A DNA stretch of 64,000 nt from a virus (taxonomy: Duplodnaviria; Heunggongvirae; Uroviricota; Caudoviricetes): IMG/VR virus record IMGVR_UViG_3300028394_000043, one strand, 5' to 3'. Position 1 is the first letter of the stretch. Every line of letters starts with the position of its first letter. The position numbers and the translations under genes were made by a program. Positions 27,912-36,494 of the stretch are shown piece by piece. The notes under the pieces are model-generated. The model was not told where the DNA came from. It ran no database searches and was given only the letters and a program-made list of their open reading frames with translations.

Positions 27912-28880
27912 ATGTCAAACAAAATTCCAAGTTTAAAGGCCGCAATGGAAAAAGAATTTAGTAATGCTAATGTTTATCGTGGTGGTGTTGAGGCGGCTAC
28001 AATAGCCGCGGAAACTTTATCATCAGTCTCAAATGAGTCTATGGATATTGATAAAAAAAATAAAAAAGAAGTTATGATTAAAAGACCTATTAAATCGGGG
28101 GTTGTTGATAAATTGGTTGGTAAGACTAAAATGAAAACACCTATTGGTAAATTAACAATGGGATTACCAATTATGGGGGAAGATAAAAGTGGTAAAAAAC
28201 AATTTCAGAAAGATATTCAAACAGACACCGATTTTAAAAAGTTTAAAGAAAAGGATAATGAATTTGGTACACCAAATGTAACTGTGTCTGACCCGTTTAT
28301 TAAAAAAAACAGATATAAAAGAGTTGGTAAAGAAGAAAGTAAAGAAAGTACCGGTTCAGGTTCTGCAGGTGGATTTTCCGCTCCATTATTCTCAACAACT
28401 AAAGGTGAAATGGAAGAAGAATGTTGGAAAGGATATAAACAAATTGGTGGTAAAAAGAAAAATGGTAAAATGGTTCCTAATTGTGTGAAAGAAAACAAAG
28501 AAGAATATTGTGATTCTTGTGATAGGGTTAAATCTAAATGTGTTTGTGGAGAAACCAAAAAAGTTGAAGCAACAGAGGCGACGGGTTCAGGTTCTTCAGG
28601 TTCTTATGAGACAAATGCGGCTTGGGCTAAATCAACAAGTAAAAAAGATTGGAGAGGAAAATCTAAAACACAAATTCCCGGAGGTAAATTTGTTCAAGTT
28701 AAGAAAAAATGTAAAAAATTTCCATACTGTAATCAAGGTGATATTAAAGCTCTAAAGATTTTTGAGAATGAAAATGTGAAAAATGCGATTAAAAATATAA
28801 GTGAAAGACATAACATAAGTGAAAATGTAATTAAAAGTATTATCGCTTATGAGTATGAAAATACCTTTCCTAAGAAATAA
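27912..28880 (+). CDS. Lys-rich protein with GSGS linkers and Cys cluster
   Basis: 322 aa, K-rich, repeated GSGSAGG/GSGSSGS, CDSCDRVKSKCVCGE. Confidence 0.45.
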   Translation: MSNKIPSLKAAMEKEFSNANVYRGGVEAATIAAETLSSVSNESMDIDKKNKKEVMIKRPIKSGVVDKLVGKTKMKTPIGKLTMGLPIMGEDKSGKKQFQKDIQTDTDFKKFKEKDNEFGTPNVTVSDPFIKKNRYKRVGKEESKESTGSGSAGGFSAPLFSTTKGEMEEECWKGYKQIGGKKKNGKMVPNCVKENKEEYCDSCDRVKSKCVCGETKKVEATEATGSGSSGSYETNAAWAKSTSKKDWRGKSKTQIPGGKFVQVKKKCKKFPYCNQGDIKALKIFENENVKNAIKNISERHNISENVIKSIIAYEYENTFPKK

Positions 28881-28893
28881 ACTTGAAGATTAA

Positions 28894-28905
28894 TATATTT
28901 ATAAT
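28894..28905 (+). promoter_or_regulatory. late-type motif TATATTTATAAT upstream of 28917
   Basis: TATATTTAT family. Confidence 0.3.
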
Positions 28906-28916
28906 AAAAAAGAAAA

Positions 28917-30185
28917 ATGAAAAAATTAAATAGTACTTACTTAGACAATTTGGTATCTAAAATTTTAAAAGAAACTTTAGAAGATAGAGCCGATAATATT
29001 GTTTCTAAATTAACGGAATCCGGTAGTGTTTGCGAATGCGGTGGGACAATGTATGAAGGTGAATGTAATGAGTGTGGATATAAAAGTGGTGATATGGAAG
29101 AAGGTATCTACGATGTTAAAGACATTGATAATTCAGAAGAATTTGACTATGTCCAAGAAGATATGGTGTTAGGTGATTCGGATAATGAAGAGTTAGATTC
29201 TAAAAATGAAGATGCTTGTAAATATCATATGGATAATTTTGGTCCTGAAGATGAAAGAACGTTAAAATTCTGTGGTTCAGATATGAACGAATCTTTAAAA
29301 GGTCGTCAAAAAAGATTGGATAGAAACAAAAACAATAAGATTGATGCTGAAGATTTTAAGATGTTAAGAAAGGGTAAAAAAACTGAAACAGACGAAGGTA
29401 ATGCGTTTTCAGGGGCCTTGGCTAACGCTAAAAAAAGTGGGGAAGATTCATTTGAAGTGGATGGTAAAGAATATCAGGTTAAAGAATCTTATAGATTAAC
29501 TGAAAGTGAATTAGTATCTATGATTGAAAGAATTGTTAAAGAACAAAAAACTGAAGCGATTGAAAAAACAACCGACACAAAATTAAAACCAATTGGTGGA
29601 ACACCTAAAGGTTATTCGGCGTATGAGAAGGCTCACAAAGGTTCTGGTAAAGAAAATGACGATTACATTAAAGATGTTACTAAAAAAATGAAAGATTACC
29701 TTAAAGACGGTTCTAAAGGTGAATATTCAATGGAACCAAAAGTATTCCCTAAAGGGAATGGAGAGTTAGAAAAAATGAAGAAAACTGCTTATGAACTTTC
29801 TGACGATGGTAAAGAATTTATTGACGATTACTTAAGACCTGGGATGCAAACTTTAGATTATGATGAAATTCATCCTAATGAAGAGTGGATGGATAATAAT
29901 ATTGAAGGTTCATCAAAAACTGGAAATAATTCAGAATGGGCTAACGCTGTTGAAACTGATGAGAATAAAAAATTAAATAAAACTCGTAAGAAAGGTGCGT
30001 ACAATAAAGCTAAAAGAGCGGCATACAATAAAGCCCCTCAACCTGTTATAAGTGATAAAACAGGTCAAGAATCGGGAAATGGGTTACATCTTAAAACTGA
30101 GAGTAATGAAAAACAAGAAAAATTAATTAGTGAAGAATTTAATAGAATGAAATCGTTGATGGGTTATAATCAAATAACTCAATAA
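28917..30185 (+). CDS. Lys/Glu-rich protein with N-terminal zinc ribbon
   Basis: CECGG...CNECG; highly charged 422 aa. Confidence 0.45.
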   Translation: MKKLNSTYLDNLVSKILKETLEDRADNIVSKLTESGSVCECGGTMYEGECNECGYKSGDMEEGIYDVKDIDNSEEFDYVQEDMVLGDSDNEELDSKNEDACKYHMDNFGPEDERTLKFCGSDMNESLKGRQKRLDRNKNNKIDAEDFKMLRKGKKTETDEGNAFSGALANAKKSGEDSFEVDGKEYQVKESYRLTESELVSMIERIVKEQKTEAIEKTTDTKLKPIGGTPKGYSAYEKAHKGSGKENDDYIKDVTKKMKDYLKDGSKGEYSMEPKVFPKGNGELEKMKKTAYELSDDGKEFIDDYLRPGMQTLDYDEIHPNEEWMDNNIEGSSKTGNNSEWANAVETDENKKLNKTRKKGAYNKAKRAAYNKAPQPVISDKTGQESGNGLHLKTESNEKQEKLISEEFNRMKSLMGYNQITQ

Positions 30186-30214
30186 TTTACAAACACATAA
30201 TATAACTTATAATT

Positions 30215-30247
30215 TCTCCATAGACGAACTCTATGGAGAATTTTTTT
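30215..30247 (+). terminator. rho-independent terminator (9-bp perfect stem TCTCCATAG/CTATGGAGA + T7)
   Basis: Seen directly; the track ATG of the next ORF (30233) lies inside the 3' arm. Confidence 0.65.
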
Positions 30248-30700
30248 AACTACATATCAAAACCTTTAACACCGGAAGACGTTGACGTTTGGTTCCGGGT
30301 GAATAATATGATTCCTGAAAAAATGGAATTATACTTTGATTTTGCCCATTCACTTAATATTTTAATTTTAGAAACTTATTTAGGTGAAAATGACTTGCCT
30401 AATGAAACTAAAATTATCTTAACGGAAAACGACAATAAAAAACATTTTGAATGGTGTTGGGGTAAGATAATTAGTAATTTCAAACAAGAAGGTATTAATT
30501 TTCAAAATAACGGGGAACATTACGATTATTTTTATGAGTTCTTTACGGAAGTTTTTTATCATCAAAAGAACGAAAAGGTTAGAAGTTCCATCGGTAAATT
30601 CTTTAAAGAACTATTCAACGTTAAAAAATCCTTTACAAAATCAGACATTGATATGGTATCAACTATATATAAAGTGTTAGATAAAAATGTTAAAAAGTAA
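30233..30700 (+). CDS. hypothetical protein (start uncertain)
   Basis: 155-aa ORF; first ATG sits inside terminator stem, internal ATGs at aa 26/31 possible. Confidence 0.4.
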   Translation: MENFFNYISKPLTPEDVDVWFRVNNMIPEKMELYFDFAHSLNILILETYLGENDLPNETKIILTENDNKKHFEWCWGKIISNFKQEGINFQNNGEHYDYFYEFFTEVFYHQKNEKVRSSIGKFFKELFNVKKSFTKSDIDMVSTIYKVLDKNVKK

Positions 30701-30781
30701 AAAAAACCCCTATAGTGTTTACTATAACATAAAAAAAATTATTTTTTACATAATAAAATAAATTATTAAACTAAATTTAAA

Positions 30782-30958
30782 ATGGAAACATTAGAACAAA
30801 TTAAGTCTTTAACTGAGGAATTATCAGTTGACACATCTAAATTCTTTGCCGGAAATAAAAGTGCCGGTACAAGAGCTAGAAAATCTGCACAAGAATTGAA
30901 AAAATTATTGGATAGTCTTAGAAAAGAGATTTTAGCAGAAAGAAAAGGAGACGAGTAA
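30782..30958 (+). CDS. histone H1-like small nucleoid protein (Bacteroidetes-type)
   Basis: 58-aa ORF absent from track (<60 aa): METLEQIKSLTEELSVDTSKFFAGNKSAGTRARKSAQELKKLLDSLRKEI, resembles small 'histone H1' proteins of Flavobacteria/Bacteroides (..GNK.AGTRARK..). Confidence 0.5.
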   Translation: METLEQIKSLTEELSVDTSKFFAGNKSAGTRARKSAQELKKLLDSLRKEILAERKGDE

Positions 30959-31146
30959 TGAATAATATTAATACAATATTTTTATTTGTATTCATTTTTT
31001 CACTACTGACCGTTTTGAGAACGGTTGCTAGGATAATGAGTTCCCTATTTTCTAACCCACCAAAGAAATTTGAATGGTATAGAGGGGAACTTATATATCT
31101 TGGATTAGCAATAACGTATTGCTTAACCTATTTAATACAAAATTAA
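30958..31146 (+). CDS. small two-TM membrane protein
   Basis: 62 aa, two hydrophobic helices. Confidence 0.4.
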   Translation: MNNINTIFLFVFIFSLLTVLRTVARIMSSLFSNPPKKFEWYRGELIYLGLAITYCLTYLIQN

Positions 31147-31148
31147 TT

Positions 31149-31577
31149 ATGAGTTTATATAAAGAATTTTCTGCGTTGTTACCTTATTTACAATCGGTTA
31201 GAAAATTAGAGAGTTATTTAAGTTTTGACCTTAGTTTTCCGACTACTTGGAAATTACCTAAAAAATATGTTGATGAAGATAAGGTGATGGAACAAACAAG
31301 TAAGGCTGATGGACATAGATTCTTTTCGTTTGTTTCTGAAATAAATGAAGAGTCGGTGGAGAAAATGTCGGAGAATTTAAAGAATATTATTAAATACAAT
31401 CACGACAGAGAAGAAAAAGATAGATTATTCCAAAACAAAGTTGAGGAGCTTAAATCAATATTTGAGAGACAAGACTTGACTAGTTTAAAAAATCTTAATT
31501 TTGAATTAAAAACCGGTAAAATAGAATTAGTAGATGAAGAAGAAAGTCTTGAAGGAGTTGGAACTCCTAAAAAATGA
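31149..31577 (+). CDS. hypothetical coiled-coil protein
   Basis: In-frame ATG right after upstream stop. Confidence 0.4.
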   Translation: MSLYKEFSALLPYLQSVRKLESYLSFDLSFPTTWKLPKKYVDEDKVMEQTSKADGHRFFSFVSEINEESVEKMSENLKNIIKYNHDREEKDRLFQNKVEELKSIFERQDLTSLKNLNFELKTGKIELVDEEESLEGVGTPKK

Positions 31578-31697
31578 CTCACTAAAGAGTCAAATACAAC
31601 TCCAATCCGAAAAAGAGAAAATAATAAACGAGTTAAAAAAATTAACGAGGGAGGATATTCTACCGAAACCACCTGAACCACCTAAAAAAATAACGTT

Positions 31698-31949
31698 ATG
31701 GCAGAGAATACAAAAAGTATTGATGGGATTATAGAAAAATTAGCGTTAATTGCGGATGGATTGGAGGAACTCTTTCCTAATGGTGTTATCGCTGTCGCCC
31801 TTGAATTAAAATTAGATGAGTTTAAAAAAGTTCAAAAAAATTTCAGAACAATTGACCATTCTCATAAACAATTTAAGATTGATTTGTCGGGGGTTGAATT
31901 TATGTTTTTATTGGATGAGTCGTTGACTGACGTTGAAGATAACTCTTAG
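31698..31949 (+). CDS. hypothetical protein
   Basis: 83 aa globular-looking ORF. Confidence 0.4.
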   Translation: MAENTKSIDGIIEKLALIADGLEELFPNGVIAVALELKLDEFKKVQKNFRTIDHSHKQFKIDLSGVEFMFLLDESLTDVEDNS

Positions 31950-32541
31950 AGAATCCGTTATCAATTAAAAGATTGTATAAATATTTTCTTTGTGTGGTTG
32001 AATAGTCTTTAACAAAAATACAATCAGACCTTTTTTGTTCTATAAAATAATTAGAGATTGAATCAATAAATCTATTTGAGTCGTTATCATTCTTTAAGGT
32101 AAATAAATTAAAGGTGTTATCATTTTGAACAACAACTTTATTATTCAATTTAGATACTAATTTAAGTCCGGAACCACTTAAATATAATTTAATAAACTCT
32201 TTTGAGTTTATTTTTTTATTTGTGGTCGTGTCTAATATTAATTCTTCTGTTTTATATTTTGATATTAGATTAATAGTGTAATCGTCGTCATCTAAGTTAA
32301 CTTTAATCTTTCTACCTAATTCATCTTTTAAAAAAATAGGTAAAAAACTACCTGACGTTTTTTCTAATATTGCTAGTTCATAACTACATAGATAACCATT
32401 TTCATATTCCCGTTCAAATATTACGGAATCACTTTCCATTAACAAATTTTTATAATACTCATTTGCCTTTTTATGAGTTATAAATTTATTTATTATTTTC
32501 TTTTTTATCTTATTTTTGAATAATACTATTAGATAGTTCAT
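31900..32541 (-). CDS. hypothetical protein
   Basis: 213-aa ORF, convergent with 31698-31949. Confidence 0.45.
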   Translation of the reverse strand: MNYLIVLFKNKIKKKIINKFITHKKANEYYKNLLMESDSVIFEREYENGYLCSYELAILEKTSGSFLPIFLKDELGRKIKVNLDDDDYTINLISKYKTEELILDTTTNKKINSKEFIKLYLSGSGLKLVSKLNNKVVVQNDNTFNLFTLKNDNDSNRFIDSISNYFIEQKRSDCIFVKDYSTTQRKYLYNLLIDNGFSKSYLQRQSTTHPIKT

Positions 32542-32581
32542 AATAAAAAATTAGTTTTATATTAAATATAAGTAAACAAGT

Positions 32582-33505
32582 ATGGAAAATTTTTATCAAA
32601 CATTAGGTGTTAATGAAAACGCGACTCAAGATGAGATAAAGAAAGCCTATAGAAAATTGGCGGTAGAACATCATCCGGATAAAGGTGGTGATGAAAATAA
32701 ATTTAAAAAGATTTCTGAAGCTTATGATACGGTAGGTGACGAAAATAAACGAAGTCAATACGATAATCAACGTTCTAATCCATTTGGTGGGGGAGGTGGG
32801 TTTGACCCATTTAGTGGTGGATTTAATCCTTTTGGGGATATGTTCAACGGAGCTCAACAAAGAAAACGTGCGGTTCCGGATAAGATAGTTGATGTTAATG
32901 TTGGAGTGTTTGAGAGTTATAACGCTAAAGATAAAACAATAAACTACTCAAGAAAACATATGTGTGGGGATTGTAGTGGTACCGGTGGAGATAAAACAAA
33001 TTGTTCTATCTGTAGTGGTTCCGGATTTATTGTTCAAAGAATGGGTACGGGAATGTTTAGTCAGGTATTCAGACAACCTTGTCACTCTTGTAGTGGTAGA
33101 GGATTCAATTTTACAAAAATATGTGGAGGATGTAGTGGTGAGGGTACTAAAAGTTCAGTGGATAGTATTACAATTAAATTACCACACGGAATTGATGACG
33201 GACAATTTTTAAGACTTCAAAATAAAGGTGATTGGAAAGATGGTATGTACGGTAATTTAGTTTTACGTGTTAAAGTTCAACCTGAAAATAACTTTGAAAA
33301 AAATGGGGATGATTTGATTTATAACGCCTACTTTAATTTAAGTGACTTATATAAAGAGATGTTAGAGGTCCCACACCCTAAAGGGAATATTTCAGTAAAG
33401 TTACCAAGTCAGTTTGATAGTTCAAAACCCCTTAGAGTAAAATCTAAAGGGTTTAATAACGGGGATATGTATATTAATCAATTTATTAAATTCAATAGAA
33501 CTTAA
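32582..33505 (+). CDS. dnaJ: DnaJ-like co-chaperone (J domain + G/F region + 4x CxxCxGxG zinc finger)
   Basis: YQTLGV...DEIKKAYRKLAVEHHPDKGGDENKFKKISEAYDTVGDENKRSQYD J domain with HPD; CGDCSGTG, CSICSGSG, CHSCSGRG, CGGCSGEG. Confidence 0.8.
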   Translation: MENFYQTLGVNENATQDEIKKAYRKLAVEHHPDKGGDENKFKKISEAYDTVGDENKRSQYDNQRSNPFGGGGGFDPFSGGFNPFGDMFNGAQQRKRAVPDKIVDVNVGVFESYNAKDKTINYSRKHMCGDCSGTGGDKTNCSICSGSGFIVQRMGTGMFSQVFRQPCHSCSGRGFNFTKICGGCSGEGTKSSVDSITIKLPHGIDDGQFLRLQNKGDWKDGMYGNLVLRVKVQPENNFEKNGDDLIYNAYFNLSDLYKEMLEVPHPKGNISVKLPSQFDSSKPLRVKSKGFNNGDMYINQFIKFNRT

Positions 33506-33729
33506 TATCCAAAATAATGTAGAATATCCTTAATCAATTTTATTGTACCATATATACCGGCAAATAAAAAATAAAGAGATGCGAATACTAGTATTTTTTG
33601 AGTTTGTCTAACAGACGATACAGCTTCTTTACCTTGTTTACAAGTTTTACAATTTTTTTTAGGGGGTTCAGGTACAACGTTTTTGTTTATTTCCGTTACG
33701 TCAATGATTTCTCCTTCTACAGTTTCCAT
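33502..33729 (-). CDS. small tail-anchored membrane protein
   Basis: 75 aa, C-terminal TM helix; Cys pair CKTCKQGK. Confidence 0.4.
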   Translation of the reverse strand: METVEGEIIDVTEINKNVVPEPPKKNCKTCKQGKEAVSSVRQTQKILVFASLYFLFAGIYGTIKLIKDILHYFGY

Positions 33730-33748
33730 AGTTATAAATTTAATTTAA

Positions 33749-33759
33749 AATAAATATAG
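33749..33759 (-). promoter_or_regulatory. late-type motif CTATATTTATT upstream of 33729
   Basis: TATATTTAT family. Confidence 0.3.
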
Positions 33760-33827
33760 TTAAAAATATTTGAAAGAGAAAGTTGCTTTTTCACTTTTTA
33801 TTTCTTATACTTTATAAAAAAGAAATT

Positions 33828-34676
33828 ATGGCATTATCATACATCGGGGGTAAATCTAAAATAGGTAAATGGATTGTTCCATTCATACCTAACGACATTG
33901 AAACATACGTAGAACCATTCTCAGGGATGTTTTGGGTATTCTTTAATATGGACTTAACCAAGTACCCCAATTTAAAAGAAGTTGTTTATAACGACTTCAA
34001 TCCGCTTAACTACAATTTATTTCAGTGTCTTCAGAATCCTGAGAGATTATTAGAAGAAGTGAATAATATTCCTTGTCAGCAAAGAAATGAGTTTCCGACA
34101 CCGGATATCTATAAAGAACAATTCATCAGCTTCCAAGCTGAAATATTTGCCGAGAATTTCAGCGTACAACCTTACGATTACGTTGTTGCTGCAAAATACG
34201 CATATGTATTGGCTCAGGTATTTTCGGGGTCTAAACCGGAAACAAGTTCATTTATAGATTTGAAAGGGAAATATAAATCAAAGTATCTTACATTCCGAGA
34301 TAAGTTATCTAAACCTGATTGGGTGGAACACTTCTTAAAGGTTACTAAGGTGGAGAATATGGACTTTGAAGAGGTTATTCAAAAGTATGATGGTCCATCT
34401 ACATATGTTTATGCTGACCCCCCATATTGGAAGACTGAGAATTATTACAACAACCACGACTTTGATAGTACGGACCACGAGAGATTGGCGGATTGTTTAA
34501 AAGGTATTCAAGGTAAGTTCTCATTATCGTATTATGATTTTCCACAATTACACACTTGGTTCCCACAACTTCAATATGTGTGGGAGAAGAAAGAATTTGC
34601 TAAGGCGGCTGCGGCTAAGAAGGGTAAAGCTCAAAATATGGGTGAAGAACTTTTAATTATGAATTATCAAAAATAA
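33828..34676 (+). CDS. dam: Dam-family (alpha-class, D12) DNA N6-adenine methyltransferase
   Basis: MALSYIGGKSKIGKWIVPFIP...YVEPFSGMFWVF (motif I) and YADPPYW (motif IV); start taken at ATG 33828. Confidence 0.8.
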   Translation: MALSYIGGKSKIGKWIVPFIPNDIETYVEPFSGMFWVFFNMDLTKYPNLKEVVYNDFNPLNYNLFQCLQNPERLLEEVNNIPCQQRNEFPTPDIYKEQFISFQAEIFAENFSVQPYDYVVAAKYAYVLAQVFSGSKPETSSFIDLKGKYKSKYLTFRDKLSKPDWVEHFLKVTKVENMDFEEVIQKYDGPSTYVYADPPYWKTENYYNNHDFDSTDHERLADCLKGIQGKFSLSYYDFPQLHTWFPQLQYVWEKKEFAKAAAAKKGKAQNMGEELLIMNYQK

Positions 34677-34677
34677 T

Positions 34678-34707
34678 TTGGATTGTTGATAATTAGTATT
34701 ATCTTTG
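34678..34707 (+). promoter_or_regulatory. conserved early promoter TTTG-N18-AGTATTATCTTTGTACTC
   Basis: Extended motif shared with sites near 49280, 51980 and 60893. Confidence 0.5.
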
Positions 34708-34772
34708 TACTCTTGAATAAAGTTTAGCGAATTATTTACAAAAAACGAATATTTATAATTAAAACAATTAAA

Positions 34773-36131
34773 ATGAAAATTACATCATTACTATCTAATT
34801 TAATAACTGAAAACGCACGTTTACAATTATTTTACGACAAGTTTGTTAAACCAAACCCAAAAGCAAAGAGTGAGACAGGAAGACCGGTAAAAGGTATTAT
34901 GGATTTTGACACATTAAAAAATATAATATTTGGAGACCCTGATACTAAAGCTCCTCAAGGGTTTAATAAAGAAGGTGCAACTTTTGAAGAAATGTCAAAA
35001 GTTAAAGTTGGTAAATATGTTCAATGGATGTTGAGAAACTTTGTTCAACCTAAATTGGAATATGAGGTGGGTACACCTGAATATAAGAGAGCGGCTCAAG
35101 AATATAGACGTTTATTCATAGAAGATATGGATAAAATAAATGTTGATTTATTAAAATTTGAAAGATTTAAAGGTAGATTACCTGAAGGTGAAAGAGATAT
35201 TGCAAAATATACACCGGCAACATTATCTTTAGCTGTTGATGAATTTAAATTATCTAAAGATTCTAAATCATCTAAAGAAGAAAGAATTACAAAAGAAAAT
35301 CCATATCAATATCCCGGTTCAAATATTGAAATTGTTACACCTGATTGGACAATTGTAAAAATTACTGAAAATAATGACGAAGGTAAAAACGCTGGTGCTT
35401 ATTTTGGTGGTTATTATGATACTAGAGATGAGAATGATGAAACTAATTGGTGTACATCAAAACTTGATGGTACCTATTTTAGTCACTATATCAAAGATGG
35501 TCCGTATTATGTAATACTACCTAATAGTTCAACAGAGTTTGGTAAAAAAACAGGGTTACCTAAAGAAAGATATCAATTCCACTTCCCATCTAATCAATAT
35601 ATGGACAGAAGAGATAGAGGAATTAATTTAGTAGAGTTCTTAAATGGTAGAGGTGCGGAACTTAAGGAATATTTTAAACCTCAATTTGCTAAAGGTTTAA
35701 CAAGTGGTGGTGGTGATATTGTTGAGATTAACTATCCGGATAGTGCTTCAGGTAAATTCATTGCTCTATATGGTTTTGATGAATTATTTGAGTCTTTACC
35801 TGATACAATTACTAAATTGTTAATCAATAATAAGAGTCAAGAAAGAATTGCGTTAGAGGTTCCAACATCTATTGGTAGATTTAAAAACTTAGAAGCGTTA
35901 ATGTTACAAAACATTGCAAAAACATTACCTGATACAATTTGTCAGTTAAAAGATTTGAATTTCTTAGCTCTTCCGGGTAATAAAGATTTACAATCTTTAC
36001 CTGAATGTATTAAAGAATTACCAAATCTTGCGTTTATTAACTTAAAAGATGTTAATCCAAACATTAATATACCACAAGGTTTACGAGATAGACTTGATGA
36101 TGAAGGTATGGGATTCTATTATTTAAATTAG
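34773..36131 (+). CDS. protein with C-terminal leucine-rich repeats
   Basis: C-terminal LxxLxLxxNxLxxLP-type repeats (LPDTICQLKDLNFLALPGNKDLQSLPECIKELPNLAFINL). Confidence 0.5.
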   Translation: MKITSLLSNLITENARLQLFYDKFVKPNPKAKSETGRPVKGIMDFDTLKNIIFGDPDTKAPQGFNKEGATFEEMSKVKVGKYVQWMLRNFVQPKLEYEVGTPEYKRAAQEYRRLFIEDMDKINVDLLKFERFKGRLPEGERDIAKYTPATLSLAVDEFKLSKDSKSSKEERITKENPYQYPGSNIEIVTPDWTIVKITENNDEGKNAGAYFGGYYDTRDENDETNWCTSKLDGTYFSHYIKDGPYYVILPNSSTEFGKKTGLPKERYQFHFPSNQYMDRRDRGINLVEFLNGRGAELKEYFKPQFAKGLTSGGGDIVEINYPDSASGKFIALYGFDELFESLPDTITKLLINNKSQERIALEVPTSIGRFKNLEALMLQNIAKTLPDTICQLKDLNFLALPGNKDLQSLPECIKELPNLAFINLKDVNPNINIPQGLRDRLDDEGMGFYYLN

Positions 36132-36153
36132 TATTAACTAAAAAACTACAAAA

Positions 36154-36444
36154 ATGAAAAATGTTGACGTTGAAATCTACATTAATCAATTTATAACTTT
36201 CTTTAACAACAACCCCAATGACTTACTTGAGTTAATTGGGGATGTTTTAAAGGATGACTTCTACGACAGAGTAAAACAACAATCATTAGATAATATTGAG
36301 AACGGAGAGGATGTTTCCTTAACCCAAAAACAAATTATATCTATTGTTGTGGCTCTTAAACAATCTCAGAACGATGAGGTTGATATGGATAAGATTAAGT
36401 CCATAATTTATCACACACAATTTGCTCATTTTTCCCTTAATTAA
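36154..36444 (+). CDS. hypothetical protein
   Basis: 96 aa ORF. Confidence 0.4.
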   Translation: MKNVDVEIYINQFITFFNNNPNDLLELIGDVLKDDFYDRVKQQSLDNIENGEDVSLTQKQIISIVVALKQSQNDEVDMDKIKSIIYHTQFAHFSLN

Positions 36445-36494
36445 TTTGTATATTCAAATTTAATGTCTTACTTTTGTGGTTCAAAATAAACCTG

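Noticed and set aside
31534-31734. 66-aa Lys-rich ORF overlapping both neighbours (possible frameshift product)
   Set aside because: The slippery-looking CCTAAAAAATGA stretch is suggestive, but the ORF overlaps two better-supported genes and has no distinctive features. Kept as unresolved rather than called.
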